Below are positions 1 through 10,775 of a stretch of 64,000 nt of DNA, in pieces. The notes under the pieces are model-generated. The model had not been told where the DNA came from and searched no databases. It worked only from the letters and a program-made list of their open reading frames with translations. How positions within the stretch are numbered: position 1 is the first letter of the stretch; every line of letters begins with the position of its first letter. Position numbers and translations under genes: made by a program. The DNA comes from Polyangiales bacterium (GTDB lineage: Bacteria > Myxococcota_A > Polyangia > Polyangiales > Ga0077539), in the NCBI GenBank assembly GCA_044229975.1, contig JBGARZ010000002.1, positions 896,001 to 960,000 of the forward strand, given 5' to 3'.

Positions 1-245
1 CTGCCACGGCCGCCGCGTTGCTGCTGCTCCTCCCGTCGGCGGCAGCGTTTCGCCCCGAGAGCGCGGCCGTCACCCGCTACGTGAAGAGCGCCTTCGAGCC
101 GCACCCCTCGGACGCCGCCACGCCGACCCCTCCCCCGCGCGAGACGACGGCCCAGGCGACGGTTCGTGCGCGGCGCCTCGCGGAGTCGGGCCAGACCCAG
201 GCCGCCCTCGACGCATGGTTGCGCGCCATCCGCGAAGGGCGATGA
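1..245 (+). CDS. 3' end of a CDS truncated by the window edge, hypothetical protein
   Basis: Open frame with GC-rich third codon positions ending TGA at 243-245, just before the kinase gene. Confidence 0.55.
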   Translation, partial: ATAAALLLLLPSAAAFRPESAAVTRYVKSAFEPHPSDAATPTPPPRETTAQATVRARRLAESGQTQAALDAWLRAIREGR

Positions 246-258
246 TGCGGTTCCTACG

Positions 259-2073
<1,815 letters not shown>

Positions 2074-2082
2074 CCGCGTCGG

Positions 2083-2658
2083 TCAGGAGTCCGTGGCGAT
2101 GCCAGCGTCTGGCCCCGGGAAGGGCGGGTTGCAGGACGACTGCACCACGCTCCAACGCGAAGCCGGACCGTCGCAGGTGGCCTGGATCGAGTCGTACTCG
2201 CCGCAGCGCTGGTAGCCGCACCGCAGCGGCGTGGTGAGGTAGGTTCCGAAGGGGCAGGTGGTGCCGTTGGTCGGCGCCGAGGTCGGGCACTGCACCTCAA
2301 CGGGCGCCGGTGGGTTGCAGGTCGACGGCAGCGGAATCCATCGGTTGGTGCCGGGGTCGCAGCGCACGGTGGTGCCGACGCCAGGCGGGCAACCGGGCTG
2401 CTGCCGCGACGGGTCGCTGCACGTCTCGGGATCGACACCCGGAGTGCATGACGAGTCGGCGACGGGGAGCGTCGACGGACAGGTGCGACGAACATCCGTC
2501 TCGATGACCACGGGGTTGTCCGACGTTGGCCGGTCGGCAGCCGGAACGTCATCGGTGACCACGGGCGGGTTGACGGTGACGCTCGCACCGCAGCCGAGGA
2601 CGGTCGTCGCCGCGAGGGTCACCACGAAGGAAGGTCGGAGCGTCGTGCGTCTTTTCAT
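2083..2658 (-). CDS. Small Cys-rich putative lipoprotein
   Basis: MKRRTT..TTVLGC lipobox-like signal, followed by two Cys/Pro-rich repeats (CP..P..S/G.C ... CNPP). Confidence 0.75.
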   Translation of the reverse strand: MKRRTTLRPSFVVTLAATTVLGCGASVTVNPPVVTDDVPAADRPTSDNPVVIETDVRRTCPSTLPVADSSCTPGVDPETCSDPSRQQPGCPPGVGTTVRCDPGTNRWIPLPSTCNPPAPVEVQCPTSAPTNGTTCPFGTYLTTPLRCGYQRCGEYDSIQATCDGPASRWSVVQSSCNPPFPGPDAGIATDS

Positions 2659-3344
2659 GGAGCCGTTGTAGAGCAGCGATGATGCCAACGGGGAAGTCCC
2701 GTGCTTCGCGTGCAGTCTGCACCGCGCGGCTGTGCCACGTTGGGTCGCGGTGCTGTCGGGAGGTCAGACCGTGGGGCGGTCGCGAGCGCGCGTCGTCGAT
2801 GCAGGAGCCCCATGAAGAGGCACGACGGCGGGACGATGAGCTGCCTGCGAAGCGTCGAGACCAGGGGCTCGGGTGTTGCGCGGAGCATGTTCGTGGTCTG
2901 GTTCATCACCGCGACTCCCTCGGCCATCGGCGCGTGCGCGGGGCGTCGGCGCGAACGCAGTTCTGCACGATCACGTGACGGCGACCAGGAAACCAGAAGT
3001 GCTGCGCGTAGTCGTAAGCGCACAAGACCGACGGCATCTCGTCGACGGCGCGCCACGGCGACTGCTCCTGGCGCACCCCGGAGCGGCGTGCGGACCTGGG
3101 CGAAGGCGTTCCACCGCGTGGTGCAGGTGCCGATGACGGAATGCGCCACGGAGGTGCTCGCCATCGACGATGACGGCCGTGGTGCCCACGGACACGCGCC
3201 CTTCGAGACGTACCGATCCGCCTCCCACGCCTGCTCCTCATCCGAGGCGCCGATCGCTGCCCTTGACCCCGGCTCCGGGCCTCGCGTAGAAGCCGCGTCG
3301 CTCGTCGGCCCCCGCGCCTTCGAGCCGTTTGACATCTCATCGCG

Positions 3345-3491
3345 ATGACAGCGCTTGGGAAGTTCGGTGTGACACCGACGCGGCCCCCGCCACTGTAACC
3401 GGGAACGACGACGGCAACTGCCACCTGGCGCTTCAGCGCTGGGGAAGGCGCCGTCGAAGGATGATCCGGGAGCCAGGAGACCGGCTGTCAT
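3345..3491 (+). ncRNA. Cobalamin (AdoCbl) riboswitch
   Basis: Conserved elements in order: GGGAA (3357), GTTCGGTG..ACCGAC, GCCCCCGCCACTGTAA (3383), GGGAAGGC (3442), GAGCCAGGAGACC (3470, B12 box); closed by P1 ATGACAGC/GCTGTCAT; lies 140 nt upstream of ATG 3631. Confidence 0.92.
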
Positions 3492-3630
3492 TGCATCGCG
3501 CGCTGCCACGGGGAGTGGGAAGTGCGTTCGTGACGCCGACTCGTCTGCGCCTCGATCACCCCTCTCGTCGCTCTGCGGCCTTGCGCGAAAACCCCACACG
3601 GTCCGCGCGGGTGCGCGCGGGAGGTTCTCC

Positions 3631-5007
3631 ATGCATCGTCGCATTCTCATCGGTTCCATCGGCTCCATCTTCGCGCTCGCCGTCGGTTGCTCTGACGACC
3701 CGGCGACCACCCCCGACGCGTCCACCACGGACGTCATCACCACCACCGACAACCCCGCCACGGACCTCGGCACCACCACCGACGTCGGCTTCTCCGATGC
3801 CGGGCCGCGCGACGTGCCGGTCGCCACCGACATCGTCGATGCGGGCGCCCCCGATGTCCCAGCGACCGACGGCGGCGGCGCGTGCGCCCTCACCCGCGCG
3901 CTCGTCACCACCAGCGACTACGTCATGGGCGGCTACGCGTTTGGCCCCATCACCCCGCCGTCCCTCACCGTCAGCGGGACCATGTCCCCCGACCAGGACC
4001 ACGGCCCGGTGCAGAGCGGCTGCATCGTCTACAACCTGCTGCGCGACAACGACGTCATCGCGGTGCTCAACCCTACGGCCCTCCCCACGGTCAGCCGCCG
4101 CATTCCCCTCCGCATGATGGCCGTGACCGGGGCCGACGCAGGCACGCCCGCCGTCGACGCTGGTCCGCCGCGCTCGTACCAGGCGAACCCCTACGACGTG
4201 CTCACCCTCTCGCCGACGCGCGCGCTGGTGGTGCAGTACGCGGTGCCCCGCATCGGCATCATCAACCCCTCGCTCGACGGCGCCGCAGGCGTCACCGGCA
4301 GCATCGACCTCACGCCCCTGCGCCCCTTCGCGGACACCGACAGCAGCCCCGAGGCCAACGCCATCGTGCAGGTCGGCGAGCGCATCTTCGTGTCGATGCA
4401 GAACCTCGACAACTACGTCCCCGTCGTCAACGGGACGGTGGCGGTGCTCAACGCGTCGGACCTCACGCTCGTCGACGCCAACCCCGCGGACACGGGCCTC
4501 CAGGCGCTGCGCCTCACGGGGCGCAACCCGGTGGCGATGGTGACGACCCCGACCGCGGCCTCCATCGTGGTGGCCGAGGCAGGCGTGATCGCCTTCGCGG
4601 CGCCGCAGACCCTCGATGGCCGCATCGAGCGCATCAACCCGACCACGCTGTCGGCCCTCGGCGCGGGCGTGACGGAGATGACCCTCGGCGGCGACGTGAG
4701 CGGCGTGGTGATGCTCGACGAGACCCGCGGCTGGGCCGTCGTCGGTCGCCTCGCCATGGGCGACGCGGGCGTCAACGACAACCGCGTGGTGGAGTTCGAC
4801 CTCAACGCGGGGACGGCCGGTCGCACCATCTTCACGACGTCCAGCATCGGCGGCATCGCGCGCGACCCGTCGGGCAACGTCTGGGTTCTCGACCGCAGCG
4901 CCGGGCGTTCGGGCGTGCACGTCTTCCGCCCCGACGGCACGGCCATCACCACCATGGCCATCACCGCGGGCGCGCAGCCGCCCAACGGCATCGCCTTCGT
5001 CCCGTGA
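3631..5007 (+). CDS. B12-regulated surface lipoprotein, probable beta-propeller
   Basis: GGAGG RBS; lipobox LAVGC; Asp/Thr-rich linker; repeated beta-blade-like segments (NPYDV, GSIDL, NPVAM, PPNGIAF); directly downstream of the riboswitch. Confidence 0.8.
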   Translation: MHRRILIGSIGSIFALAVGCSDDPATTPDASTTDVITTTDNPATDLGTTTDVGFSDAGPRDVPVATDIVDAGAPDVPATDGGGACALTRALVTTSDYVMGGYAFGPITPPSLTVSGTMSPDQDHGPVQSGCIVYNLLRDNDVIAVLNPTALPTVSRRIPLRMMAVTGADAGTPAVDAGPPRSYQANPYDVLTLSPTRALVVQYAVPRIGIINPSLDGAAGVTGSIDLTPLRPFADTDSSPEANAIVQVGERIFVSMQNLDNYVPVVNGTVAVLNASDLTLVDANPADTGLQALRLTGRNPVAMVTTPTAASIVVAEAGVIAFAAPQTLDGRIERINPTTLSALGAGVTEMTLGGDVSGVVMLDETRGWAVVGRLAMGDAGVNDNRVVEFDLNAGTAGRTIFTTSSIGGIARDPSGNVWVLDRSAGRSGVHVFRPDGTAITTMAITAGAQPPNGIAFVP

Positions 5008-5816
5008 AGGGCGACCTCATCCCGTCGATGGGGCTGCTCGCGGTGATCGCGGGCGGCCTCGTCGGCTGCGGTGCTCCGGGCGTGACGCCGTCCATGGACG
5101 CGAGCGCCATCGACGTCGTCACGGCCACCGACACCGTGACGGTCGCCGACTCGGTGGTGGTGGCTGACACCATCACTGCGATCGACGTGGTCGCAGCGAC
5201 CGACGCGTCGCCCGATCCGTGGACGGACGCGGCGACGCGGCCCGATGGGCGTGTGGTGCGCGGGCCCTATGCGACGCGGATCGTGTCGTTCACTCCGGGT
5301 GCGGAGGCGACCTTCGGTCAGGCGTACCTGCCCGATGTGGTGCTGGGTCCGCCGGTGGGCGCCGGCGATCAGCGCGGCGGAACCGACGTGGTGTCGCTCG
5401 GCCTCGGCGGGACGATCGTGCTCGGCTTCGAGCGCGACATCGTCGACGGGCCCGGCGACGACTTCATCGTCTTCGAGAACGCCTTCAACGTCCTCGGCGT
5501 CGAGGGTCGCGTGTGGGAAGAGCTCGGCGAGGTCTCCGTCAGCGATGACGGCGAGCGCTGGGTGACCTTCCCCTGCGCGCCGATGGGCCCGCGCCCCCAC
5601 ACCGGCTGCGCGGGATGGAACCCCGTGTACTCCTCGCCCACCAACGGGCTCTCGCCGCTCGACCCACGGGCGTCCGGCGGTGACGTCTTCGACCTCGCGA
5701 CCATCCGCGTCGCGAGCGCGCGCTTCATCCGAATCCGCGACCTGGCCACGCAGGGTCCGATGCCCCCTTCGTCGGGCTTCGACCTCGACGCGGTCGGGGT
5801 GATCCACAGTCGGTGA
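5004..5816 (+). CDS. Cell-surface lipoprotein (SLGxGG..GF..I.DGPG.DFIVFENAF type)
   Basis: GTGA overlap with upstream gene; lipobox LVGC; motifs VSLGLGGTIVLGF, DGPGDDFIVFENAF, GGDVFDLA, FIRIRD, GFDLDAV. Confidence 0.8.
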   Translation: MKGDLIPSMGLLAVIAGGLVGCGAPGVTPSMDASAIDVVTATDTVTVADSVVVADTITAIDVVAATDASPDPWTDAATRPDGRVVRGPYATRIVSFTPGAEATFGQAYLPDVVLGPPVGAGDQRGGTDVVSLGLGGTIVLGFERDIVDGPGDDFIVFENAFNVLGVEGRVWEELGEVSVSDDGERWVTFPCAPMGPRPHTGCAGWNPVYSSPTNGLSPLDPRASGGDVFDLATIRVASARFIRIRDLATQGPMPPSSGFDLDAVGVIHSR

Positions 5817-5882
5817 CCTGCTAGTGTCCGCGCCGCGGCGCGACGAGAGCATCGGCCGCAGAAAGCGGTCGGGGCAAACCTC

Positions 5883-7175
5883 GTGAACAAGAACGTGATG
5901 GTTGGGGTCGTGGGCTTCGTGGTGGTGGGGAGCCTCGCCGCCGTGGGTGGCACCGCGTTCTGGATGATGCGGAAGAACCGCGCGGACGGCGACGGCCTGA
6001 GCCGCCTTCCCCCCAACAGCTTCGTGGTGGCGCGCGTCGACGTCGACCAGCTCCTGCGCTTCTCTCCGATGGCCGAGCTCCGCCGCACCATCACCCACCC
6101 GGCGCCGGGCGCCACGCGCCAGGAGACCGAGTTCGCCCGCAAGATCCAGGACGTCATCACCCGCTGCACCTTCGACCCCGCCGACCGCGTGCACGCCGTC
6201 TACGTGGGCGCCGACCGCACCGTCCTGACCGGCAACTCCAACAGCGCGTGGGTGGTGAGCGCCAACCACGACCGGACGCCCGCGCAGGCGACGCAGTGCC
6301 TCACCGCGGTGCTCGAGCTCGCGCACGGGTCCGTCGCCACCACCACCGTCAACGGCCACGCCGTGCTCACCCCGCGCTTCCAGAACCAGACGCCGTCGAC
6401 GAGCGATCCGTCGGTGCACTTCATGACCGGCACCGCCATCGCCGCGCCGCAGAGCTACATGCCCACTGCGCTGGGCTTCGCGTACCACACGACGCCCGGC
6501 CTCGAATCCGGCGCGCCGCTCCCGCAGACCATGGGTCGCCTCGGGGCGCAGCGCGCCATCACCGTGGCCGTCGACGTGGCGGCCATCCGCGCGCAGAACC
6601 AGCGGACCGTCAACGAGCTGGCCGACGACCTCGTGCGCGAGAACCCCAACAGCGCCGACCTCACGCTCGCGCGGCAGATGCAGACCGGCGGCCTCGCGCT
6701 GGGTCTCGTCAACAACGGCGTCGAGCTGCTCGCGCGCGGGGAGTTTCCGAGCGCGACGGTGGCGCGACCCTTCACCGCGGCGCTCCAGTCCATGTGGACG
6801 GCGCGCAAGCCGGAGCTGCTCTCGGCCATCGGCGAGGCGCAGCAGGGCATCGGGGCGATGCGTGCGCTGGCGAGCCTCGGCGGCGGCGGGGGACAGGGCC
6901 CCGACGATCGCTTCACCCGCGTCGAGGCGGCCTTCGGCGTGGCGCGCGCCGCGCTCGATCAGGTGCGCATCACACAGGAAGACCGCGCCACCGTGGTGGT
7001 GGTCACGCTCACGCCCGCGCAGGTGACCACGCTGGTCAACGCCGTTCGCGCCGTGAAGGACCTCGCCGCGGACATGTCGCGGATGACCCGCGGCGTGCCG
7101 GGTCTCGGCGCCGGAACGCCCGAGCGACCCGACCCGCAGGGGCCGGCCGTTCGGGTGCCAGGGCTGACGTTCTAG
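5883..7175 (+). CDS. Hypothetical protein with N-terminal membrane anchor
   Basis: 430-aa ORF with strong GC3 bias and a hydrophobic N-terminal helix. Confidence 0.75.
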   Translation: MNKNVMVGVVGFVVVGSLAAVGGTAFWMMRKNRADGDGLSRLPPNSFVVARVDVDQLLRFSPMAELRRTITHPAPGATRQETEFARKIQDVITRCTFDPADRVHAVYVGADRTVLTGNSNSAWVVSANHDRTPAQATQCLTAVLELAHGSVATTTVNGHAVLTPRFQNQTPSTSDPSVHFMTGTAIAAPQSYMPTALGFAYHTTPGLESGAPLPQTMGRLGAQRAITVAVDVAAIRAQNQRTVNELADDLVRENPNSADLTLARQMQTGGLALGLVNNGVELLARGEFPSATVARPFTAALQSMWTARKPELLSAIGEAQQGIGAMRALASLGGGGGQGPDDRFTRVEAAFGVARAALDQVRITQEDRATVVVVTLTPAQVTTLVNAVRAVKDLAADMSRMTRGVPGLGAGTPERPDPQGPAVRVPGLTF

Positions 7176-7189
7176 CGTTTGGTGGGGGG

Positions 7190-7211
7190 GTCGGCGCCGG
7201 GGGGCGCCGAC
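7190..7211. terminator. GC hairpin between convergent genes (possible bidirectional terminator)
   Basis: Perfect 9-bp stem GTCGGCGCC-GGGG-GGCGCCGAC; no U-tract. Confidence 0.45.
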
Positions 7212-7215
7212 TGCA

Positions 7216-7602
7216 CTAGGCAGACTGCTGGAGGAGGCGCTTCACGCGGGCCTCGGCGGCCTCGACGATGCGCGTGGACTCCGGCTCGGGGATGCGCAGC
7301 AGGGCGCTCAGGTCGGTGACGAAGGCCTTCTCGGTGTCGGTCTGCTCGCCGTCGATGTGGGTGAGCACCACGGCGTGGTTGAGCAGCGTGCGACGATCAT
7401 CGGCCGAGAGGTCGGTCAGCGGGATGTCGTCGAGCGTGCGGGGAATCGCCGCGAAGTCGCGCACCTCGGTGGCCTCGCTCTCGGTCGCGCCGAACGCGCT
7501 GATGAGCGCATCGAGGTGCTCGCGCTCCTCGCTCGCGAACTGCCCGTCGACCCAGGCCACCGCCACCAGGGACTTCAAGATCGCCATGTCCTGTTCGTGC
7601 AT
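7216..7602 (-). CDS. TerB-family (tellurite-resistance-like) helical protein
   Basis: LVAVAWVDGQFASEE and AVVLTHIDGEQTDTEK, the paired ADG..E motifs of the TerB fold; start at ATG 7602. Confidence 0.82.
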   Translation of the reverse strand: MHEQDMAILKSLVAVAWVDGQFASEEREHLDALISAFGATESEATEVRDFAAIPRTLDDIPLTDLSADDRRTLLNHAVVLTHIDGEQTDTEKAFVTDLSALLRIPEPESTRIVEAAEARVKRLLQQSA

Positions 7603-7775
7603 CGACTTCGCCTCTGTGTCTTGCGCCGCGGCCAGTCCGCGGCGATGGCGCGGAGGATAGACAAGTTCGGCGGGCGCTGGGAAGGGCGGAGGCGCGGTGC
7701 CAGGGAATGTCACACGCCGCGAGCGGTCTCGGCGGGGTTGTGGCATGAGGGCGCTTCAGGAGGCACGAGAACTAG

Positions 7776-8054
7776 ATGAGCTTCGGAAAGAACCCCCACG
7801 TTGCCAAGGCCCAGGTCGCCGAGCAGAAGGCGCGCGCCGCGGGAGACGAGAGCGCCCGCGTGGTGGCGTGGCGCGAGGCCGCCCGGCAGTGGGAGCGCGC
7901 CGCCGAGCGTGAGCAGATGGAGAAGCGGGTGGCGGAGTACACGGCCAACGCTGCCGCGGCGCGCGAGGCCGCGGACACGCCCGTCGAGGCCGAGCCCGAG
8001 GTGGCACCCGTCGCGGCGCCGACCCCGAGCTACGACCCCGGCTCGCTCAACTGA
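7776..8054 (+). CDS. Small Ala/Glu-rich hypothetical protein
   Basis: 92-aa ORF with typical codon bias, divergent from terB. Confidence 0.7.
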   Translation: MSFGKNPHVAKAQVAEQKARAAGDESARVVAWREAARQWERAAEREQMEKRVAEYTANAAAAREAADTPVEAEPEVAPVAAPTPSYDPGSLN

Positions 8055-8691
8055 GCTCCTGCGCCGGTCGCGCCGCCATGATGCGGTGGAGCTTGAACTG
8101 CCTCGCTTCACCCTGGTTCAGCTCCAGGTCGTCGCAGTTGAGGAGGGTCTCGGTGCGCTCCATCACGACGCTACGAATGCGCACGAGTCGCTCGGTCTCG
8201 CCGCGGGCGCCGTCGTAGCGGATGCGGATGGGTCGCTGCTCCACCCACGCGGCCTCGATGACCTTTCGCACCGCGGGGGCGCAGCTCTGCGCGGGTACCC
8301 CGACGAAGGAGAGGGAGCGCCGCATCGCCGCGAGGTCCTGCTGACCGCGCGGGGGAAGGGCCGACTCCACCTTGTCGAGCGCCGTTCCGAGGGTGTCAGT
8401 GAACGGCACCCAGCGCTGATCGATGAGCAGGCGGCCCGCGGTGACGAGCAGTGATGCTTCGCGCACGGTGAAGTTCACCGGGGGCAACGCGTACGAGCGG
8501 TCGAGGGCGTACCCACCGCCGCGACCGCGCTCGGCGTGCACCGGAAGCGACGCGGCGCGGAGGCTGTCGAGGTCGCGGTAGATGGTGCGGAGGCTCACGT
8601 GGAAGCGCTCGGCGAGGGCCTCGGCCGTGACGCCGGTGCGACGGGCGCGGAGAGCTTCGGAGAGCGCGAAGAGGCGTTCGGTGCGGCGCAT
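8047..8691 (-). CDS. YafY-like HTH_11 + WYL-domain transcriptional regulator (short, no C-terminal WCX extension)
   Basis: MRRTERL..TAEALAERFHVSLRTIYRDL..GRGGGY..LPPVNFT; C-terminal IRY..ETER..RQFKLHRI WYL-like segment. Confidence 0.88.
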   Translation of the reverse strand: MRRTERLFALSEALRARRTGVTAEALAERFHVSLRTIYRDLDSLRAASLPVHAERGRGGGYALDRSYALPPVNFTVREASLLVTAGRLLIDQRWVPFTDTLGTALDKVESALPPRGQQDLAAMRRSLSFVGVPAQSCAPAVRKVIEAAWVEQRPIRIRYDGARGETERLVRIRSVVMERTETLLNCDDLELNQGEARQFKLHRIMAARPAQELS

Positions 8692-8700
8692 CGGAGGAAG

Positions 8701-8719
8701 CTGACAGCCACCTGACAGC
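8701..8719. promoter_or_regulatory. Direct repeat CTGACAGC x2, candidate operator of the WYL regulator
   Basis: CTGACAGC at 8701 and 8712 (11-bp period), 10 bp from the regulator start codon. Confidence 0.45.
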
Positions 8720-8870
8720 GCGTCCACCCGGACGCCCCTCGGATGGGAGGGTCGACCGCGTGGGCGCCACGACACGAGGGTGAGGTGTCGGCAGACACGT
8801 CCATCGAGGGGATCGCGGCCATCGACCGGCGATCTGTGCGAGGCACGTCGGCTGCTCATTCACCGTCCCC

Positions 8871-8969
8871 ATGGACTTCCTCCTCGCTAGCGTCCCGGGC
8901 TTCCTCTCCATCGCGCTACTCGTCGCCACCCTGCGCCTCGGCCGCGACGGCGCCGATCGCCGGGCGTAG
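8871..8969 (+). CDS. Putative 32-aa single-TM small protein (MDFLLASVPGFLSIALLVATLRLGRDGADRRA)
   Basis: ATG..TAG with nearly all codons ending in G/C; hydrophobic core plus basic tail; below the ORF-track size cutoff. Confidence 0.5.
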   Translation: MDFLLASVPGFLSIALLVATLRLGRDGADRRA

Positions 8970-8979
8970 TCTCCCGCGC

Positions 8980-10689
8980 GTGACGCGCCGCCTCCGGGGA
9001 CACGCTCGCTGCCTCGTCTTGGGCGTCCTCGCGGCCCACTGCAACAGCGCGGTCTACTTCACCGACGGCGCGACGCCTGATCGCTCGCAACCAACGGTCA
9101 CCGCCGACGTCCCAGCGATCGACAGCGGCGTCGATCGGCCCGCCGTGTCCGTCGACCTCGGCGTCGATGCGCCGGTAGACGCGACCGTCGACGTCGCGAC
9201 GGACCAACCTGGGGATGCGGGCTTCGATGCGGGCTTCGACGTTGGCTTCGACGCCGGTCTTGATGTGGGCATCGACGCGGGCTTCGACGTCGGTTTCGAC
9301 GTCGGTTTCGACGTCGGCTTCGACGTCGGCTTCGACACCGGCCCGCCGCTCGCTCCGACCGAGGCGTGGGTTCCGATGCTCTCGCGGTGGCGCTACCTCG
9401 ACGACGGCATCGAGCCCGACGCGTCGTGGCGTGGCACCTCCTTCGACGACCGGACGTGGCGCGAGGGTGACGCCCAGCTTGGCTACGGCGAGGGCGACGA
9501 GGCGACGACGGTGTCCTTCGGCCCCAACCCCGCGCGACATTTCATCACCACCTGGTTTCGCCAACGCTTCGACGTGGCCAGCCGCGTCGGGGTGCGCGGT
9601 GTGCTGCTCCGGCTCCTCCGCGACGACGGCGCCGTCGTCTGGATCAACGGTCGCGAGGTTCATCGCAGCAACCTGCCGACGGGGCCCATCTCCGACGAGA
9701 CCCGCGCCCTCACGACGGTGAGCGGCTTCGAAGAGAACTCCTTCGAAGAGGTGACGCTCGACCCCTCCGTGGTGCACGACGGTGCCAACGTCATCGCCGT
9801 GGAGGTGCACCAGGCCACGTACGAAAGCTCCGACCTGGGCTTCGACCTCGGGCTCATCGGGCTGCGCGCGGACGCTCCCACGACGCCGGGCGGCGACCCC
9901 GTGTTGCTCGCCGCGGGTGACATCGCGCGCTGCGACAGCACCGACGATGACGCCACGGCCCGCCTGCTCGACAACCTCGGCGGAACCATCGCCGCCCTTG
10001 GCGACAACGCCTACCTGAGCGGCAGCGAGGAGGAGTACCGCCGCTGCTTCGCGCCGACCTGGGGTCGCCACCTCGCGCGCATGCGCCCGATGCCGGGCAA
10101 CCACGAGTACAACAGCCACGACGCTGTCCCCTACTACCGCTACTTCGGCGACGCGGCCGGGCCCCCGCTCCAGGGCTGGTACAGCTACGAGCTCGGCGGC
10201 TGGCACGTCGTGGTGCTCAACTCCAACTGCGCGGCCGTCGGCGGGTGCCACCCCGACAGCGAGCAGGAGCGCTGGCTCCGCGCCGACCTCGCGGCCCACC
10301 CCGCGCGATGCACCATGGCGATGTGGCATCACCCGCGCTTCTCGGGCGGCGACCACGGCGACGACCCGCAGACCTCGCACTTCTGGCGCGCCCTCGAAGC
10401 CGCCGGGGCCGACCTCGTCGTCAACGGCCACGACCACGACTACGAGCGCTTCGCCCCGCGACGCAGCGACGGCACCCGCGACGACGCCAATGGCATCCGG
10501 GAGTTCGTGGTCGGGACGGGTGGCGCCCGGCTCATCGGGTTTCGCGTCGTCGCGCCCGAGAGCGAGGCCCGCAACAGCACCGCGCACGGCGTGCTCCGAC
10601 TGGTGCTGCACCCCGACGGGTACGACTGGAGCTTTGTTCCCATCGCGGGGGCGCGCTTCAGCGACAGTGGGCGCGGCGCCTGCCATTGA
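8980..10689 (+). CDS. Exported calcineurin-like metallophosphoesterase (purple acid phosphatase-like) with beta-sandwich domain and DxGF repeat linker
   Basis: AGDIA, LGDNAY, GNHEY, WHHP and GHDHDYER motifs; middle domain WRYLDDG..DDGAVVWING..NVIAVEVHQ; signal/lipobox-like LAAHC; start uncertain (GTG 8980). Confidence 0.88.
   Translation: MTRRLRGHARCLVLGVLAAHCNSAVYFTDGATPDRSQPTVTADVPAIDSGVDRPAVSVDLGVDAPVDATVDVATDQPGDAGFDAGFDVGFDAGLDVGIDAGFDVGFDVGFDVGFDVGFDTGPPLAPTEAWVPMLSRWRYLDDGIEPDASWRGTSFDDRTWREGDAQLGYGEGDEATTVSFGPNPARHFITTWFRQRFDVASRVGVRGVLLRLLRDDGAVVWINGREVHRSNLPTGPISDETRALTTVSGFEENSFEEVTLDPSVVHDGANVIAVEVHQATYESSDLGFDLGLIGLRADAPTTPGGDPVLLAAGDIARCDSTDDDATARLLDNLGGTIAALGDNAYLSGSEEEYRRCFAPTWGRHLARMRPMPGNHEYNSHDAVPYYRYFGDAAGPPLQGWYSYELGGWHVVVLNSNCAAVGGCHPDSEQERWLRADLAAHPARCTMAMWHHPRFSGGDHGDDPQTSHFWRALEAAGADLVVNGHDHDYERFAPRRSDGTRDDANGIREFVVGTGGARLIGFRVVAPESEARNSTAHGVLRLVLHPDGYDWSFVPIAGARFSDSGRGACH
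9214..9333 (+). repeat. Ten tandem copies of a 12-bp in-frame unit encoding D-[AV]-G-[FLI]
   Basis: GATGCGGGCTTC, GACGTCGGTTTC, GACGTCGGCTTC and variants, contiguous. Confidence 0.9.
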
Positions 10690-10775
10690 CCCGTCGTATG
10701 CTCTGCGCCCGTCGCAGCGCCCCCAACACCATGGGGACAGCTCGCGAGTGAGTTCGAAAGGAGACGAGGCACCGT

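Noticed and set aside
2701..3348. 215-aa plus-strand ORF upstream of the riboswitch
   Set aside because: Arg/Ser-rich with inconsistent codon bias; only a short segment looks coding, so it is treated as a possible relic rather than a gene
9214..9333. Possible CRISPR array
   Set aside because: 12-bp contiguous in-frame units with no spacers and no cas genes; a coding VNTR
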